A DNA stretch of 64,000 nucleotides, from positions 21,148 to 85,147 of the forward strand of contig JAHBSF010000008.1 of NCBI GenBank assembly GCA_019639255.1, in the 5' to 3' direction. Made by a program: the position numbers and the translations under genes. The notes beneath the pieces are model-generated. The model saw nothing but the letters and a program-made list of their open reading frames with translations. It did no database searches and was not told where the DNA came from. How positions within the stretch are numbered: the stretch's first letter is position 1; each line of letters starts with the position of its first letter. Below are positions 1 through 11,195 of the stretch, piece after piece. Origin of the DNA: Acidobacteriota bacterium. GTDB taxonomy: Bacteria; Acidobacteriota; Blastocatellia; RBC074.

Positions 1-121
1 ATGAAGGCGCGGGCCACGGATTTATGCGCGCGGCCGAAGATCCGGCGAATACCAACGAGGCGAACGTAAAGGCGCACAAGGAAGCGTGGGCGCGGTGGAA
101 GGAACTGCTGAAGAAGATTTG
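1..121 (+). CDS. 3' end of an unidentified gene (C-terminus ...KEAWARWKELLKKI*), partial at window edge
   Basis: Open frame running off the left edge with a stop at 119-121. No recognisable domain in the 40 aa visible. Confidence 0.3.
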
Positions 122-130
122 ACGCTCTCT

Positions 131-222
131 CACCGACGGAACAAACGAAATAAAACGAAAATCACGGAAAAGTTGAGTATTTCCGTATTTTTCGTCTTAT
201 TTCGTTTGTTCCGTCATCTCGC
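131..222. repeat. Family-1 palindromic intergenic element (copy 1)
   Basis: Arms cggaacaaacgaaataaaacgaaaatcacggaaaag / ttccgtatttttcgtcttatttcgtttgttccgtcatctc mirror each other around the loop agttgagtat. Confidence 0.85.
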
Positions 223-251
223 TTTTATGTCCCGAAGACGCGTGGAGTGAT

Positions 252-1166
<915 letters not shown>

Positions 1167-1323
1167 AAGGTGCGTGCTTGCAGGAATCGAAAATACGGAA
1201 CATACGCAATAAACTTCGACAAAACCTTTTCCATACGCCGCGTATTCTCTCCGAGGATCGGCGGCGAAATCAATCCGCGGGCATGTTATTATTTGCGGCG
1301 GAAAAGGATACGGTACTGCGTGT

Positions 1324-2154
1324 ATGAATCTGCTGCTTTTGGCTGCACTGATGGTTTATCTGGTCGGGGCTTTTTACGCCGTGCTGCTGTTTGCGCTGCG
1401 CAGGGAGGCCGCAGACCGCCCGCTGCTGATGCTGCTCGGAGCGGGATTCGCCGCGCATACGGCGTCGATAGCGGTGGAGTGGGCGCAGGTCGGGCATTTC
1501 CCCATAGTCAACCCGAAGGAAGTCAGTTCGTTCATAGGCTGGGCTATAGTGGCCTATTTTCTCGTAATCAGATGGCGCACGAGGGTGCGCGCGCTTGCGA
1601 CGTTCGTATTGCCGCTGGTGTTTCTCTTTACGCTTGTATCGCTGCTGTTGCCCGAACCCGCAATTTCTCCGGCGCTTGCGGGCGCAATCGACGCAAGCAC
1701 GTTTACGCGCGTGATCTTTCCGCTGCACGTTACGCTGATACTGTTTTCGTATGCGGCATTCTTCCTGACATTCATCGGCGGCATCATGTATCTGATGCAG
1801 GAGCGCGAACTGAAGGCGAAAACCTTCGGCGCCGTGTTTTATCGCCTGCCCGCGCTCAATACGTGCGACGAGCTGGGCTATCGCTCGCAGACGATCGGGT
1901 TCGTGCTGCTGACATTGGGAATGATTACCGGGATCATCTGGAACAATCAGCGCGACGGGCGCTTCTGGCATTACGATCCGAAAGAAGTGCTGGCGCTTAC
2001 GACCTGGTTCGTTTATCTGTTTATGATGCATTACAGGTTGACGGCGGGCTGGCGCGGCAAGCGCATAGCGTGGCTTTCGGTGATCGGTTTCGTAGTCGTT
2101 CTGTGCACGTGGATAGGGGCGCGCTACCTGCCCGGTTATCACGTATTCGGTTAA
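1324..2154 (+). CDS. Cytochrome c assembly protein, CcsA/HemX-like integral membrane protein
   Basis: 276 aa, polytopic and hydrophobic. Tryptophan-rich WWD-type motif GIIWNNQRDGRFWHYDPKEV. Sits immediately upstream of hemA, which is the conserved ccsA/hemX-hemA arrangement. Confidence 0.7.
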   Translation: MNLLLLAALMVYLVGAFYAVLLFALRREAADRPLLMLLGAGFAAHTASIAVEWAQVGHFPIVNPKEVSSFIGWAIVAYFLVIRWRTRVRALATFVLPLVFLFTLVSLLLPEPAISPALAGAIDASTFTRVIFPLHVTLILFSYAAFFLTFIGGIMYLMQERELKAKTFGAVFYRLPALNTCDELGYRSQTIGFVLLTLGMITGIIWNNQRDGRFWHYDPKEVLALTTWFVYLFMMHYRLTAGWRGKRIAWLSVIGFVVVLCTWIGARYLPGYHVFG

Positions 2155-2174
2155 AGATGGAGATGAAAGCAAAC

Positions 2175-2269
2175 AGAGATGACGGAACATACGAAATGAT
2201 ACGAAAATTACGGAAAAGTTGAATATTTCCGTAGTTTTCGTCTTATTTCGTTTGTTCCGTTATCTCTCT
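2175..2269. repeat. Family-1 palindromic intergenic element (copy 2), ends 17 bp before the hemA start
   Basis: agagatgacggaacatacgaaatgatacgaaaattacggaaaag-ttgaatat-ttccgtagttttcgtcttatttcgtttgttccgttatctctct. Confidence 0.9.
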
Positions 2270-2285
2270 TCTTTCCCGTAAAGAG

Positions 2286-3569
2286 ATGAGCATCATTCTG
2301 ATCGGGATCAGCCACAAGACGGCGCCTATAGAGCTGCGCGAGCGGCTCGCTTTTGCCGAGGACCGTCTCGGCGCGGCGCTAGCGCAACTCGTCGACCGCG
2401 AGGCAATCGAGGAAGGGCTCATACTCTCGACGTGCAACCGCGTAGAGATACTCGCATCCGCCAGCCGTGCGCCGGAACACGGCGTAGAGCATCTGTTCGA
2501 TTTCCTCGCGCATCACCACGACTGTGCGGTGGAAACGCTGCGCCGCCACGCCTACCATCACGTAGACCAGGATGCTATTCGGCACGTATTCCGCGTCACG
2601 TCGAGCCTCGATTCGATGGTCGTGGGCGAACCGCAGATTACGGGCCAGATGAAGGAAGCCTATCAGCGCGCGCAACAGGCGCAGACCGTGGGTCGGCATC
2701 TGCATCGATTGATGAATCGCGCGTTTGCAGTAGCCAAGCGCGTGCGCAACGAAACCGGGATTGGATCGAGCGCGGTATCGATCAGTTTCGTAGCGGTGGA
2801 GCTTGCGCGCAAGGTATTCGATCGGCTCGACGGGGCAAGCGTGCTGCTGCTGGGAGCGGGCGAGATGGCGGAACTCGCCGCGCGCCACCTTTCCGGTTAC
2901 GGCGCATCGCGTTTGCTGATAGCCAACCGGACGCGCGAGCATGCCGAAAGTCTTGCGGCGGAATTGAACGGCGAAGCCGTGGCGTTTGCAGATTTCGAGC
3001 GCCGAATGAGCGAAGCCGACATCGTGATCTGTTCTACGGGCGCACCGAATTATCTGATCCGGCCCGAAGCCGTGCGCAGCGCGGTTGCGGCGCGGCGCAA
3101 CCGCCCGATGCTGCTTATAGACATATCGGTGCCGCGCAATATCGATCCGGCCTCGGCCTCGATCGACAATGCATTTGTCTTTGATGTAGACGATCTTGAA
3201 AACGTGGTTGCAGCCAATCGCGAGGAACGCGAGCGCGAAGCATTCCGCGCCGAAGCAATCATCACAGCCGAGGCCGACAGATTTGCCGCTGCGCTCGCCG
3301 AGGGCGACCCGACGCAGGTTATAGGCGCGTTTCGGCGCGAGGTGGCGCTTATGGTTCAGGTTGAACTCGAACGCAGCCGCCGAAGGCTTGGACCGCTGTC
3401 CCCGGAACAGGAACGAGCAATCAGAACGCTGCTGAATTCCGTGGTCGACAAACTGACGATGCCGGTCATCAAACAGTTGCGTGAAAGCGAAGACGGCCAC
3501 TCGCACTTTCTCGAAGCGTGGCGCGAACTTTACCCGCACCGCGATCGCGAAGAAGATAAAGAAGAATAA
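2286..3569 (+). CDS. hemA: Glutamyl-tRNA reductase
   Basis: 427 aa. N-terminus MSIILIGISHKTAPIELRE and catalytic Cys motif LSTCNRVEIL. NADP-binding GAGEMAELAARHL. C-terminal dimerisation helix. Confidence 0.92.
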   Translation: MSIILIGISHKTAPIELRERLAFAEDRLGAALAQLVDREAIEEGLILSTCNRVEILASASRAPEHGVEHLFDFLAHHHDCAVETLRRHAYHHVDQDAIRHVFRVTSSLDSMVVGEPQITGQMKEAYQRAQQAQTVGRHLHRLMNRAFAVAKRVRNETGIGSSAVSISFVAVELARKVFDRLDGASVLLLGAGEMAELAARHLSGYGASRLLIANRTREHAESLAAELNGEAVAFADFERRMSEADIVICSTGAPNYLIRPEAVRSAVAARRNRPMLLIDISVPRNIDPASASIDNAFVFDVDDLENVVAANREEREREAFRAEAIITAEADRFAAALAEGDPTQVIGAFRREVALMVQVELERSRRRLGPLSPEQERAIRTLLNSVVDKLTMPVIKQLRESEDGHSHFLEAWRELYPHRDREEDKEE

Positions 3570-3624
3570 CCAAACAACCAGCAAGACCGCCCTCTCATCC
3601 CCTACTCTCATCTCAGGAGGCTCA

Positions 3625-6600
3625 ATGAATCACAACGATCGCCGCAGCCGCACGCTTTCCGTCGCGGTTCTGCTTTGCTGTTTTGCGCTGACGATCGGCG
3701 CCGTCCCGGGATTTTTTTCGCAATCGAGCGCACGATCCGCGCCGCAGGAACCCGCAAGAAGCGAGGGCGTACGCGTCGAAGCCGCCGGTATCAGCGCGTC
3801 TGCCCTGCGACAGATTCAATCCCTCGCGGCCGAAAAGCAGGCGCGCACTCCCGCGCAGCGCAAAATAAGCTCTCAGCTTCTTTACGCTGCACGAATGCAC
3901 GGCGGACGAAGGGTGAGTTCAGAGGTCAATACGCTCGAAGTAGCAGCCGAGATAAGCGACGACGGAATGACTACGGTCGACCTCACTGGCCGAATTACCG
4001 GGATGCTCGTCGAGCGCATAGAGGAACTCGGCGGGACGGTGCTGAACGCCTTTCCGCGCCTCAACAGCCTGCGTGCGCGGATTCCGATAGAAATAATCGA
4101 AACGATCGCCGAATTGCCCGAAGTCGGATTCATTTATCCCAAACAGGTTGCATTCACCTCGAGCGGCAGATCCAACTCCGATTATAAGCATCGCACAACA
4201 GCCTATACGGGAACCGGGGCGCGACCGGCGTTTGAGGAACGCGCCGAGCGCGTGCGCAGGCATCTTTCTTCCGTAATTCCGCGTGCTTCGGCCTCATCGT
4301 CCGCAACGACACAGGAAAGAATTGCAGTCTCCACGCTCAGCACTGCCTCATCGTCCGCAACGATGCAGGATGGGATTGCGGTTGAAGGCGACGTAGCGCA
4401 TCGCGCCGACCTTGCACGCAATACGTTCGGCATCAACGGCGCGGGTGTAAAAATCGGCGTGCTGTCGGACGGCGTGACGAATCTGAGGGTCAGTCAGGCG
4501 CGAGGAGCGCTTCCCTCCGTTACGGTTCTGAACGGACAGGCCGGCGAGGGCGACGAAGGCACTGCAATGCTCGAAATCATCCACGCAGTAGCGCCGGGTG
4601 CACAACTGTTTTTTGCTACCGCATTCGAAAGCGCCGCAGGATTCGCCACGAATATTCGCGCTCTTCGCATCGCGGGCTGCGACATCATCGTCGACGATGT
4701 ATTTTACATCACCGAATCAGCGTTTCAGGACGGGCAATCGGGCACGATCGTTTCGCCCACGGGCGGCGGACTTATCGCGCAGGCGGTCAACGATGTAACG
4801 GCAAGCGGCGCGATGTTTTTCTCTTCGGCGGGAAATTCGGGGAACCTGGCAAGGGGAACTTCCGGCGCTTGGGAAGGGGATTTCAGGGACGGCGGCGGCG
4901 CATTTTCACCGCTCCCGATTGATGCCGGAAGGATTCACGACTTCGGCGGCAATCGCCTGAGCAATCAGATAACCGTGAGCACGCCGTTTCCCGTCATCCT
5001 GCAATGGAGCGATCCGCTCGGAGCTTCAAACAACGATTACGATCTGTACGTGCTCAACAGCGGGGAAACGCAACTGCTCGCCGCTTCGGTAGACGTGCAG
5101 AACGGAACGCAGGATCCGTTCGAATTCGTGCTGCCGCAACTGGCGGGGCGCCGCATAGTCATCGCGCGTTATTCGGGCGAAAACAGATTCCTGCATCTGA
5201 ACACCAATCGCGGGCGGCTCGCCATTCCCACCGACGGCCAGTTGCACGGACACGCGGCCGGAGCCGCAGCTTTTGCAGTAGCCGCAACGCCCGCATTCCT
5301 GCCCTTCGGCCCGCCGCCCAACCCGTCGGGGCCGTTTCCGGGGGCGTTTTCGATGTCGAACCGCGTCCAGTTATTTACCTCGGACGGGCCGCGCCGCCTG
5401 TTTTTCAGAGGCGACGGATCGCTTTTTACGCCGGGTAATGCGCTCGCATCGGGCGGTCTGCTCAGGCAAAAGCCCGATATAACGGCGGCGGACGGAGTAT
5501 CGGTCAGCGGAGTGGGATTTTTCCCGAGTCCTTTTTACGGCACATCAGCCGCAGCGCCGCACGCCGCCGCGATCGCTGCGCTGTTGAAATCCGCCAATCC
5601 GGCATTCACTCCCGCACAGTTGCGCCAGGCAATGTTATCTACGGCAATCGATATAGAAGCGCCGGGCGCGGACGTGCTTTCCGGAGCCGGAATAGTCATG
5701 CCGGTTAACACGGCTCAATCTCTCGGAATCGAACCGATGGCCTCGCTCAACCTCGGCGTCGTCGCCGTGGCTGAAATCGGCGGCAACGGCAACGGTATAG
5801 TCGAGGCGGGGGAAAGCGCGAGGCTTTCAGTCGAAATCAGAAACACCGGTTCGGTCGATGCATCGAATGTCCGAGCCGTGCTCACAAGCCTTTCTCCGGA
5901 AGTATTCGCCGCGCCGACCGAGGTTGTTTACGGCGATATCGCTGCGGGAAGTTCGGCGACGATCGGAGTTTTCGAGTTTACGTTGAGCACCGTAAGCGCG
6001 TGCGACCTGCGCGCGGCTCTGTCGCTGCAACTCAACTACACGGGAGGACCGAGCCCGAAAGCTCTCAATTTCCAGGTGCAGACCGGGCCGCCGCCAATAG
6101 ATATTACATCCACGCTCGACGCCGTTGCTCCGCCGCCCGGTTTGAACTACACGACGACAACCGGAATGCAGGCGGGACGAATGGTGAGAACGATCATTGC
6201 GAGCGCGTGCGGCGCGCCGACGCCGTTTCCGGGCATCTTCTCGACGCTCGCGCGGCGCTTTGACGCTTATACTTTTTCGTCGTGCCCCACAAGCGCCCCA
6301 ACGTGTGTAACGGTAACGCTGCGTTCGCCGTGCACGGGCAATCGCGGCGTATTCGCTTCGGTTTATCTCGATTCGTATGATCCGAACAACATAGAGATGA
6401 ACTATCTCGGGGACATAGGCGACAGCCCCTTTCCCGACGAGGTGCTTGCATTCAGCTTTCAGTTGCCGCGCGGGCGCAAGTTTGTAGTCGTTGTGCATGA
6501 GATAAATCCCGGGGGAAGCACCGGCTGCGAATACACGATCAACGTATCTGGACTGTGCCGTTCGTGCGAGGCGGCGAATCTGATATGCGTTCAGGACGAC

Positions 6601-6873
6601 CGCACGCAGGATTCCCTGCTGTTCAATTTCCTTACGGGGGATTATCTCTTCACGCGGTGCGCCGACGGACTCACCTTCACCGGGCGAGGGCGCGTTGGAC
6701 GGGCGATGGGACAGGTGACGCTGAGCGATGGAGCGCGTGCATCGGCGGCGGTGGAAAACAAGGTCTTCGGCCCGAGCAGTACGGGCGCGGCGCGCATTCG
6801 CCCCGGCGGACTCGGAGCCCCGATCGCGATCGACGACCGCAACATTTTCAACAACTCGTGCACCTGTCCCTGA
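3625..6873 (+). CDS. Secreted subtilisin-like (S8 family) serine peptidase with a large C-terminal extension
   Basis: RBS aggagg 5 nt upstream of the ATG at 3625. Signal peptide MNHNDRRSRTLSVAVLLCCFALTIGA. Asp-box GVKIGVLSDGV, His region HGHAAGAAA, Ser motif GTSAAAPHAAAIAALL. About 480 extra C-terminal residues. Confidence 0.75.
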   Translation: MNHNDRRSRTLSVAVLLCCFALTIGAVPGFFSQSSARSAPQEPARSEGVRVEAAGISASALRQIQSLAAEKQARTPAQRKISSQLLYAARMHGGRRVSSEVNTLEVAAEISDDGMTTVDLTGRITGMLVERIEELGGTVLNAFPRLNSLRARIPIEIIETIAELPEVGFIYPKQVAFTSSGRSNSDYKHRTTAYTGTGARPAFEERAERVRRHLSSVIPRASASSSATTQERIAVSTLSTASSSATMQDGIAVEGDVAHRADLARNTFGINGAGVKIGVLSDGVTNLRVSQARGALPSVTVLNGQAGEGDEGTAMLEIIHAVAPGAQLFFATAFESAAGFATNIRALRIAGCDIIVDDVFYITESAFQDGQSGTIVSPTGGGLIAQAVNDVTASGAMFFSSAGNSGNLARGTSGAWEGDFRDGGGAFSPLPIDAGRIHDFGGNRLSNQITVSTPFPVILQWSDPLGASNNDYDLYVLNSGETQLLAASVDVQNGTQDPFEFVLPQLAGRRIVIARYSGENRFLHLNTNRGRLAIPTDGQLHGHAAGAAAFAVAATPAFLPFGPPPNPSGPFPGAFSMSNRVQLFTSDGPRRLFFRGDGSLFTPGNALASGGLLRQKPDITAADGVSVSGVGFFPSPFYGTSAAAPHAAAIAALLKSANPAFTPAQLRQAMLSTAIDIEAPGADVLSGAGIVMPVNTAQSLGIEPMASLNLGVVAVAEIGGNGNGIVEAGESARLSVEIRNTGSVDASNVRAVLTSLSPEVFAAPTEVVYGDIAAGSSATIGVFEFTLSTVSACDLRAALSLQLNYTGGPSPKALNFQVQTGPPPIDITSTLDAVAPPPGLNYTTTTGMQAGRMVRTIIASACGAPTPFPGIFSTLARRFDAYTFSSCPTSAPTCVTVTLRSPCTGNRGVFASVYLDSYDPNNIEMNYLGDIGDSPFPDEVLAFSFQLPRGRKFVVVVHEINPGGSTGCEYTINVSGLCRSCEAANLICVQDDRTQDSLLFNFLTGDYLFTRCADGLTFTGRGRVGRAMGQVTLSDGARASAAVENKVFGPSSTGAARIRPGGLGAPIAIDDRNIFNNSCTCP

Positions 6874-6875
6874 AC

Positions 6876-6969
6876 AGATCACGGAACAAACGAAATAAAA
6901 CGGAAACTACGGAAAAGCTGAATATTTCCGTAGTTTCCGTCTTATTTCGTTTGTTCCGTCATCTCTCTC
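6876..6969. repeat. Family-1 palindromic intergenic element (copy 3), between the convergent protease and polA genes
   Basis: agatcacggaacaaacgaaataaaacggaaactacggaaaag-ctgaatat-ttccgtagtttccgtcttatttcgtttgttccgtcatctctc. Confidence 0.9.
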
Positions 6970-9631
6970 AAGGCTTGGCGTCCATCCAGTTTTTTCCGGC
7001 GCCGATTTCGACCACAAGCGGCACGGCAAGTTGCGCGGCGCTCTCCATTGCAGTCCTTATCACTTCGCTTGCCTGCGCGAGTTCCGCTTCGGGAACCTCA
7101 AAAATGAGTTCATCGTGCACCTGCAGGATCATGCGCGCCGAAAGTCCCGCTCTGCCGAGCGCGGCATCGGCCTTCAGCATCGCGATCTTCACTATGTCGC
7201 TTGCCGAACCCTGCATAGGCATATTGATCGCTTCGCGCTCGGCCCGCGCACGCAGGTTTCCGTTCTTGTGCTCCAGATCCGGAAGCCTTCTCAAGCGCCC
7301 GAAAATCGACCTCACAATGCAGCCCGAGTCGCGCGCACGGTCGGGCAGTTCTTCCATATATTTCCGCACACCGGCGTAGGTGCGGTAGTAATCCTCGATA
7401 ACTTTTCTTGCCTCGCCGCGCGGAATGTTGATGCGCTGAGCGAGGCCGAAAGCTCCGATTGCGTAGGCAATGCCGAAGTTGACGATCTTCGCTACGCGCC
7501 GCTTCTCCTTCAATTCCTCTTCGGTCTGCGCGCCGAAAACGCTGCGCGCCGTGCGCGCGTGAATGTCTTCGCCCTTGCGAAACGCGTCGAGCATCTCTGC
7601 GTCCTGGGTAATGTGCGCAAGCAGTCGCAGTTCTATCTGCGAATAATCCGCCGATAGCAGCACGTATCCGTCGGCCGGAATGAACGCGCGGCGTATGCGG
7701 CGGCCCATTGGGGTGCGTATCGGTATGTTCTGCAGGTTTGGTTCGGTTGAAGAAAGGCGCCCCGTAGCCGTAGCCGCCTGATTGAGCGTCGTGTGTATGC
7801 GTCCGTCGCGCGGATCTACGAGTTTCGGAAACGCATCGACGTAGGTGCCCTTGAGTTTCATCAACTCGCGGAACTCGATTACGAGGCGCGGCAATTCGTA
7901 TTTCAGCGCGAGTTCATCGAGTATGTCGCGGCTGGTCGAGATCTTTCCGGTCGATGTGCGGCGCGACACGTCGAAATTCAGACGCTCGAAAACCTCTCCG
8001 AGCTGCGAGGGCGAATTGATGTTGAACTCCTCGCCCGCGAGTTCATAAATCCGCACCGTGAGCGATTCTAGTTCCCGCTCCATCTCGCCTGAGAGTTCGG
8101 CAAGCACATTGGTATCGACGCGAAACCCGGCGCGCTCCATGCGGTAAAGCAGCGGAGCGAGCGGCAGTTCTATTTCGCGGTAGACTTTTGTAAGCCCTTC
8201 GGCTTCGAGGCGAGATGCAAGAACATCGGCCAATCTGTTCGTCAGATCGGCTGCGAGCAGTGCGCGAGCGGGCGCCGATTCCGGCTCGACCACGGATTGC
8301 TGCAGATACTCGCGCGCAAGATCTCCGGTTTCGTAGCGGTTGCGTTCGGGATCGAGCAGATAAGCGGCAAGCAGCGTATCGTCCGCAACATTGTTCAATG
8401 CGATACGCAATCTTTCGGCAGTGGGAATCGCACGTTTGAGATCGTGGACCGAGGATTCGAGCAAACCGTTGTCGAAGAGTTCCCCGAGCATATGCACCGC
8501 CGAATCCCGGTCCCCGCACGCTGCAAGGTCTACGAAATCGGCGCGACGCGGCGCACCCGAAAGCGCTACGCCGGATACGGATTCCTCATCAGGCGGATCG
8601 TCTGACGAATCGGCGACTGAATTGGCGGCATCGGCGAAAGCGAATGCAAAGCGGTCGCGGGCGAGCAGCGAATCTGCGAGTTTTTTTATATCTTCGAGAG
8701 AAGCGACGATATGGTATTCGCCCTCTGTCGCCTCCGAAGGCCGTGCGTTTGAATCCGACGGAGCGCCGGATGCGAATTCGCGAGTGAGTTGCGAGAATTC
8801 GAGTTCGGAGAAGAGTTCGTAGGCGAGGCGCGCGTCGGGTTGTTCGTATTTCAGTGCGTCGAGATCGAGAGAAACCGGAACGTTCAAATCTATGCGGGCG
8901 AGTTCGCGCGAGGTGCGAATGATTTCGGCGTTGTCGCGCAGGGATTCGCGATAGGTTTTCTTCTTTACCGATTCCCAGCCGGCGAGCGCACCCTCGATTG
9001 CGTCGAATTGTTCGAGCAACTGCACGGCGCCCTTTTCGCCGATGCCCGGAGCGCCGGGAATCATGTCGGTGGGATCGCCCATCAATCCGAGCAGATCCAC
9101 TACCTGATCGGCGCGCACGCCGAGACGCGCGCGCACGCCAGCCTCGTCGATCCATATTTCGCCGGCGCGGTCTATTTTCAGAATGATTACATCGGGATCG
9201 CGCACGAGCTGGCACAGGTCCTTGTCGCTCGAAACTATGACGGTCTGAACGCCCTCCGAAGACGCCTGACGCGCAAGCGTGCCGAGTATGTCGTCGGCTT
9301 CATAACGCGGAAGGCGAAGTACGGGCACGCGCAGCGCCTCGCATACGCGCTCGATGTAGGGCAGTTGCGCTACGAGGTCTTCGGGCATGTCGGGGCGGTT
9401 GGATTTGTATTTTTCGTAAGCCTCGTGGCGAAAGGTTTTTTCTTTGGAGTCGAGCACTACGCCGAGGTAATCGGGATTATGCGCCGAGATGAGTTTGCGC
9501 AGCATCATCGCGAAACCAAAGACGGCGTTTGTGGCCATTCCTTTGGAGTTCGAGAGGCCGCGAATCGCGTAATAAGCGCGATATATGTTCGACATTCCAT
9601 CGACGAGAAATAATCTTTTCCGGTCAGGCAT
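6968..9631 (-). CDS. polA: DNA polymerase I
   Basis: 5'-3' exonuclease N-terminus MPDRKRLFLVDGMSNIYRAYYA, Pol A motifs DYSQIELRLLAH and KIVNFGIAYA. Start chosen at the internal ATG (9631) matching the canonical N-terminus. The ORF continues upstream to 9730. Confidence 0.93.
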   Translation of the reverse strand: MPDRKRLFLVDGMSNIYRAYYAIRGLSNSKGMATNAVFGFAMMLRKLISAHNPDYLGVVLDSKEKTFRHEAYEKYKSNRPDMPEDLVAQLPYIERVCEALRVPVLRLPRYEADDILGTLARQASSEGVQTVIVSSDKDLCQLVRDPDVIILKIDRAGEIWIDEAGVRARLGVRADQVVDLLGLMGDPTDMIPGAPGIGEKGAVQLLEQFDAIEGALAGWESVKKKTYRESLRDNAEIIRTSRELARIDLNVPVSLDLDALKYEQPDARLAYELFSELEFSQLTREFASGAPSDSNARPSEATEGEYHIVASLEDIKKLADSLLARDRFAFAFADAANSVADSSDDPPDEESVSGVALSGAPRRADFVDLAACGDRDSAVHMLGELFDNGLLESSVHDLKRAIPTAERLRIALNNVADDTLLAAYLLDPERNRYETGDLAREYLQQSVVEPESAPARALLAADLTNRLADVLASRLEAEGLTKVYREIELPLAPLLYRMERAGFRVDTNVLAELSGEMERELESLTVRIYELAGEEFNINSPSQLGEVFERLNFDVSRRTSTGKISTSRDILDELALKYELPRLVIEFRELMKLKGTYVDAFPKLVDPRDGRIHTTLNQAATATGRLSSTEPNLQNIPIRTPMGRRIRRAFIPADGYVLLSADYSQIELRLLAHITQDAEMLDAFRKGEDIHARTARSVFGAQTEEELKEKRRVAKIVNFGIAYAIGAFGLAQRINIPRGEARKVIEDYYRTYAGVRKYMEELPDRARDSGCIVRSIFGRLRRLPDLEHKNGNLRARAEREAINMPMQGSASDIVKIAMLKADAALGRAGLSARMILQVHDELIFEVPEAELAQASEVIRTAMESAAQLAVPLVVEIGAGKNWMDAKP

Positions 9632-9827
9632 AGCGCACGGATTATCCTTCCGCAGGCAACAGGGGGTCAAGAAAGTCAGGACTGCAACCCGATTGCGGAA
9701 CGACGCTGAAATCACGCACTGGAAATCCACGTTCGTCTGGTTCTCGTATATTGTTTAGGTGTATTGGGTGTTCCTGCATTCTGGTGTAGACTGGCGCTCC
9801 AACCGTTCGGAATGGAGGAATAATCTT

Positions 9828-11063
9828 ATGGCAGTTGCATATATTATCGACGCCGTACGCTCGCCGCGCGGGCGGGGCAAGATGGGCAAGGGTGCATTGT
9901 CGGTCGTTCATCCGCAGGAGTTGCTTGCGCAGACGCTCAACGAACTCGCAGCGCGCACCGCGATCGACAAAAGCGAGGTTGACGACGTAGTGGCCGGGTG
10001 CGTATCGCAGGCGGGCGAGCAGGGCGGAGACATAGCTCGCAGCGCCGTGCTGACGGCGGGCTGGCCCATAGAGGTCACGGGAGTATCGCTCAATCGTTAC
10101 TGCGGCTCGGGGCTTCAGGCTGTGAACTTTACGGCTATGGGTGTGATGTCCGGGATGCAGAAACTCGTCGTCGGGGGAGGCGTAGAGAGCATGTCGCGCG
10201 TTCCGATGGGATCGGACGGCTCGGGCCTTGACGGCAACAATCCGCACCTGCGGCGCAGACATTTTCAGGTGCCGCAGGGCATCAGCGCCGATCTGATAGC
10301 CACGCTCGAAGGTTTCAGCCGCGAGGAAATCGACCGCTTCGCGCTGCGGTCGCAGCAACTCGCTGCACAGGCGATAAAGGAAGGGCGCTTCAACCGCAGC
10401 CTGTTTCCCGTAATCAACCCGGATACGAACGAAGTCGTACTCGAAGCCGACGAATATCCGCGCCCCTCGACTACGCTGGAGGCGCTCGCCGCACTCGAAC
10501 CCGCGTTCGTCGCGCTCGGAGCAACGCCCGTAGGGTCGAACGGAGAGACCGTCGACGAGTTGGTGCTCCGGAAATATCCGCAGGCGGGCGAAGTTCGGCA
10601 CGTGCATACGGCGGGCAATTCGAGCGGCATCGTGGACGGAGCGGCCGCCGTTTTGATTGCCTCCGAAGAATACGTCAGGGCGCACGGGTTGAAGGCGCGG
10701 GCGAAAGTCACGGCGATGGCTACGGCCGGGGCCGAACCGATGATTATGCTGACTGCGCCGACGCCCGCATCGCAGAAGGCGCTCGCGCAGCGGCGAATGA
10801 CGGCAAGCGACATCGATCTGTGGGAGATCAACGAAGCGTTTGCCACCGTGCCGATGCAGACGATGCGGAATCTCGGCGTAGATCCCGACCGCGTCAACGT
10901 CAACGGGGGCGCGATTGCGCTCGGACATCCACTGGGGGCTACGGGCGCTGTACTGCTCGGAACGGCTCTGGATGAACTCGAACGCCGCGGACTCGCAACG
11001 GCATTGATTACTCTGTGCATAGGCGGCGGTCAGGGTATCGCCACGATCATAGAACGCATTTAA
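9828..11063 (+). CDS. Acetyl-CoA C-acetyltransferase (thiolase II)
   Basis: RBS ggagga before the ATG at 9828. N-terminus [18 protein letters not shown] with active-site Cys region [11 protein letters not shown]-terminal [14 protein letters not shown] and CIGGGQG thiolase signatures. Confidence 0.9.
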   Translation: MAVAYIIDAVRSPRGRGKMGKGALSVVHPQELLAQTLNELAARTAIDKSEVDDVVAGCVSQAGEQGGDIARSAVLTAGWPIEVTGVSLNRYCGSGLQAVNFTAMGVMSGMQKLVVGGGVESMSRVPMGSDGSGLDGNNPHLRRRHFQVPQGISADLIATLEGFSREEIDRFALRSQQLAAQAIKEGRFNRSLFPVINPDTNEVVLEADEYPRPSTTLEALAALEPAFVALGATPVGSNGETVDELVLRKYPQAGEVRHVHTAGNSSGIVDGAAAVLIASEEYVRAHGLKARAKVTAMATAGAEPMIMLTAPTPASQKALAQRRMTASDIDLWEINEAFATVPMQTMRNLGVDPDRVNVNGGAIALGHPLGATGAVLLGTALDELERRGLATALITLCIGGGQGIATIIERI

Positions 11064-11084
11064 CAAAGACTACGGGGGCAACGG

Positions 11085-11176
11085 ACTGAACGGAAGCAAC
11101 CAGAGAAATCGAACTTTTCCGTTTATTCCGTTCATTCCGGATGTTCCGGATGTTCCGGATGTTCCGTAGTCTCTCT
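11085..11176. repeat. Degenerate family-1 element carrying (GGATGTTCC)x3 tandem repeat
   Basis: cggaagcaaccagagaaatcgaacttttccgtttattccgttcattccggatgttccggatgttccggatgttccgtagtctctc. Confidence 0.6.
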
Positions 11177-11195
11177 TCGATATACGACTTCAGGC

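Noticed and set aside
2379-3611. 410-aa ORF antisense to hemA, and 2432-3184(+) in another frame
   Set aside because: Arg-rich junk translation. hemA on the + strand is unambiguous.
5827-6882. 351-aa ORF antisense to the S8 protease. Also 8589-9215(-), 8789-9613(+), 9642-11066(-), 10265-11020(-), 31566-32684(-), 43519-45666(-) and 54144-55850(-)
   Set aside because: All are antisense or off-frame shadows of well-supported genes (polA, thiolase, thiF, topA, M28) with low-complexity Arg/Pro/Ala-rich products.
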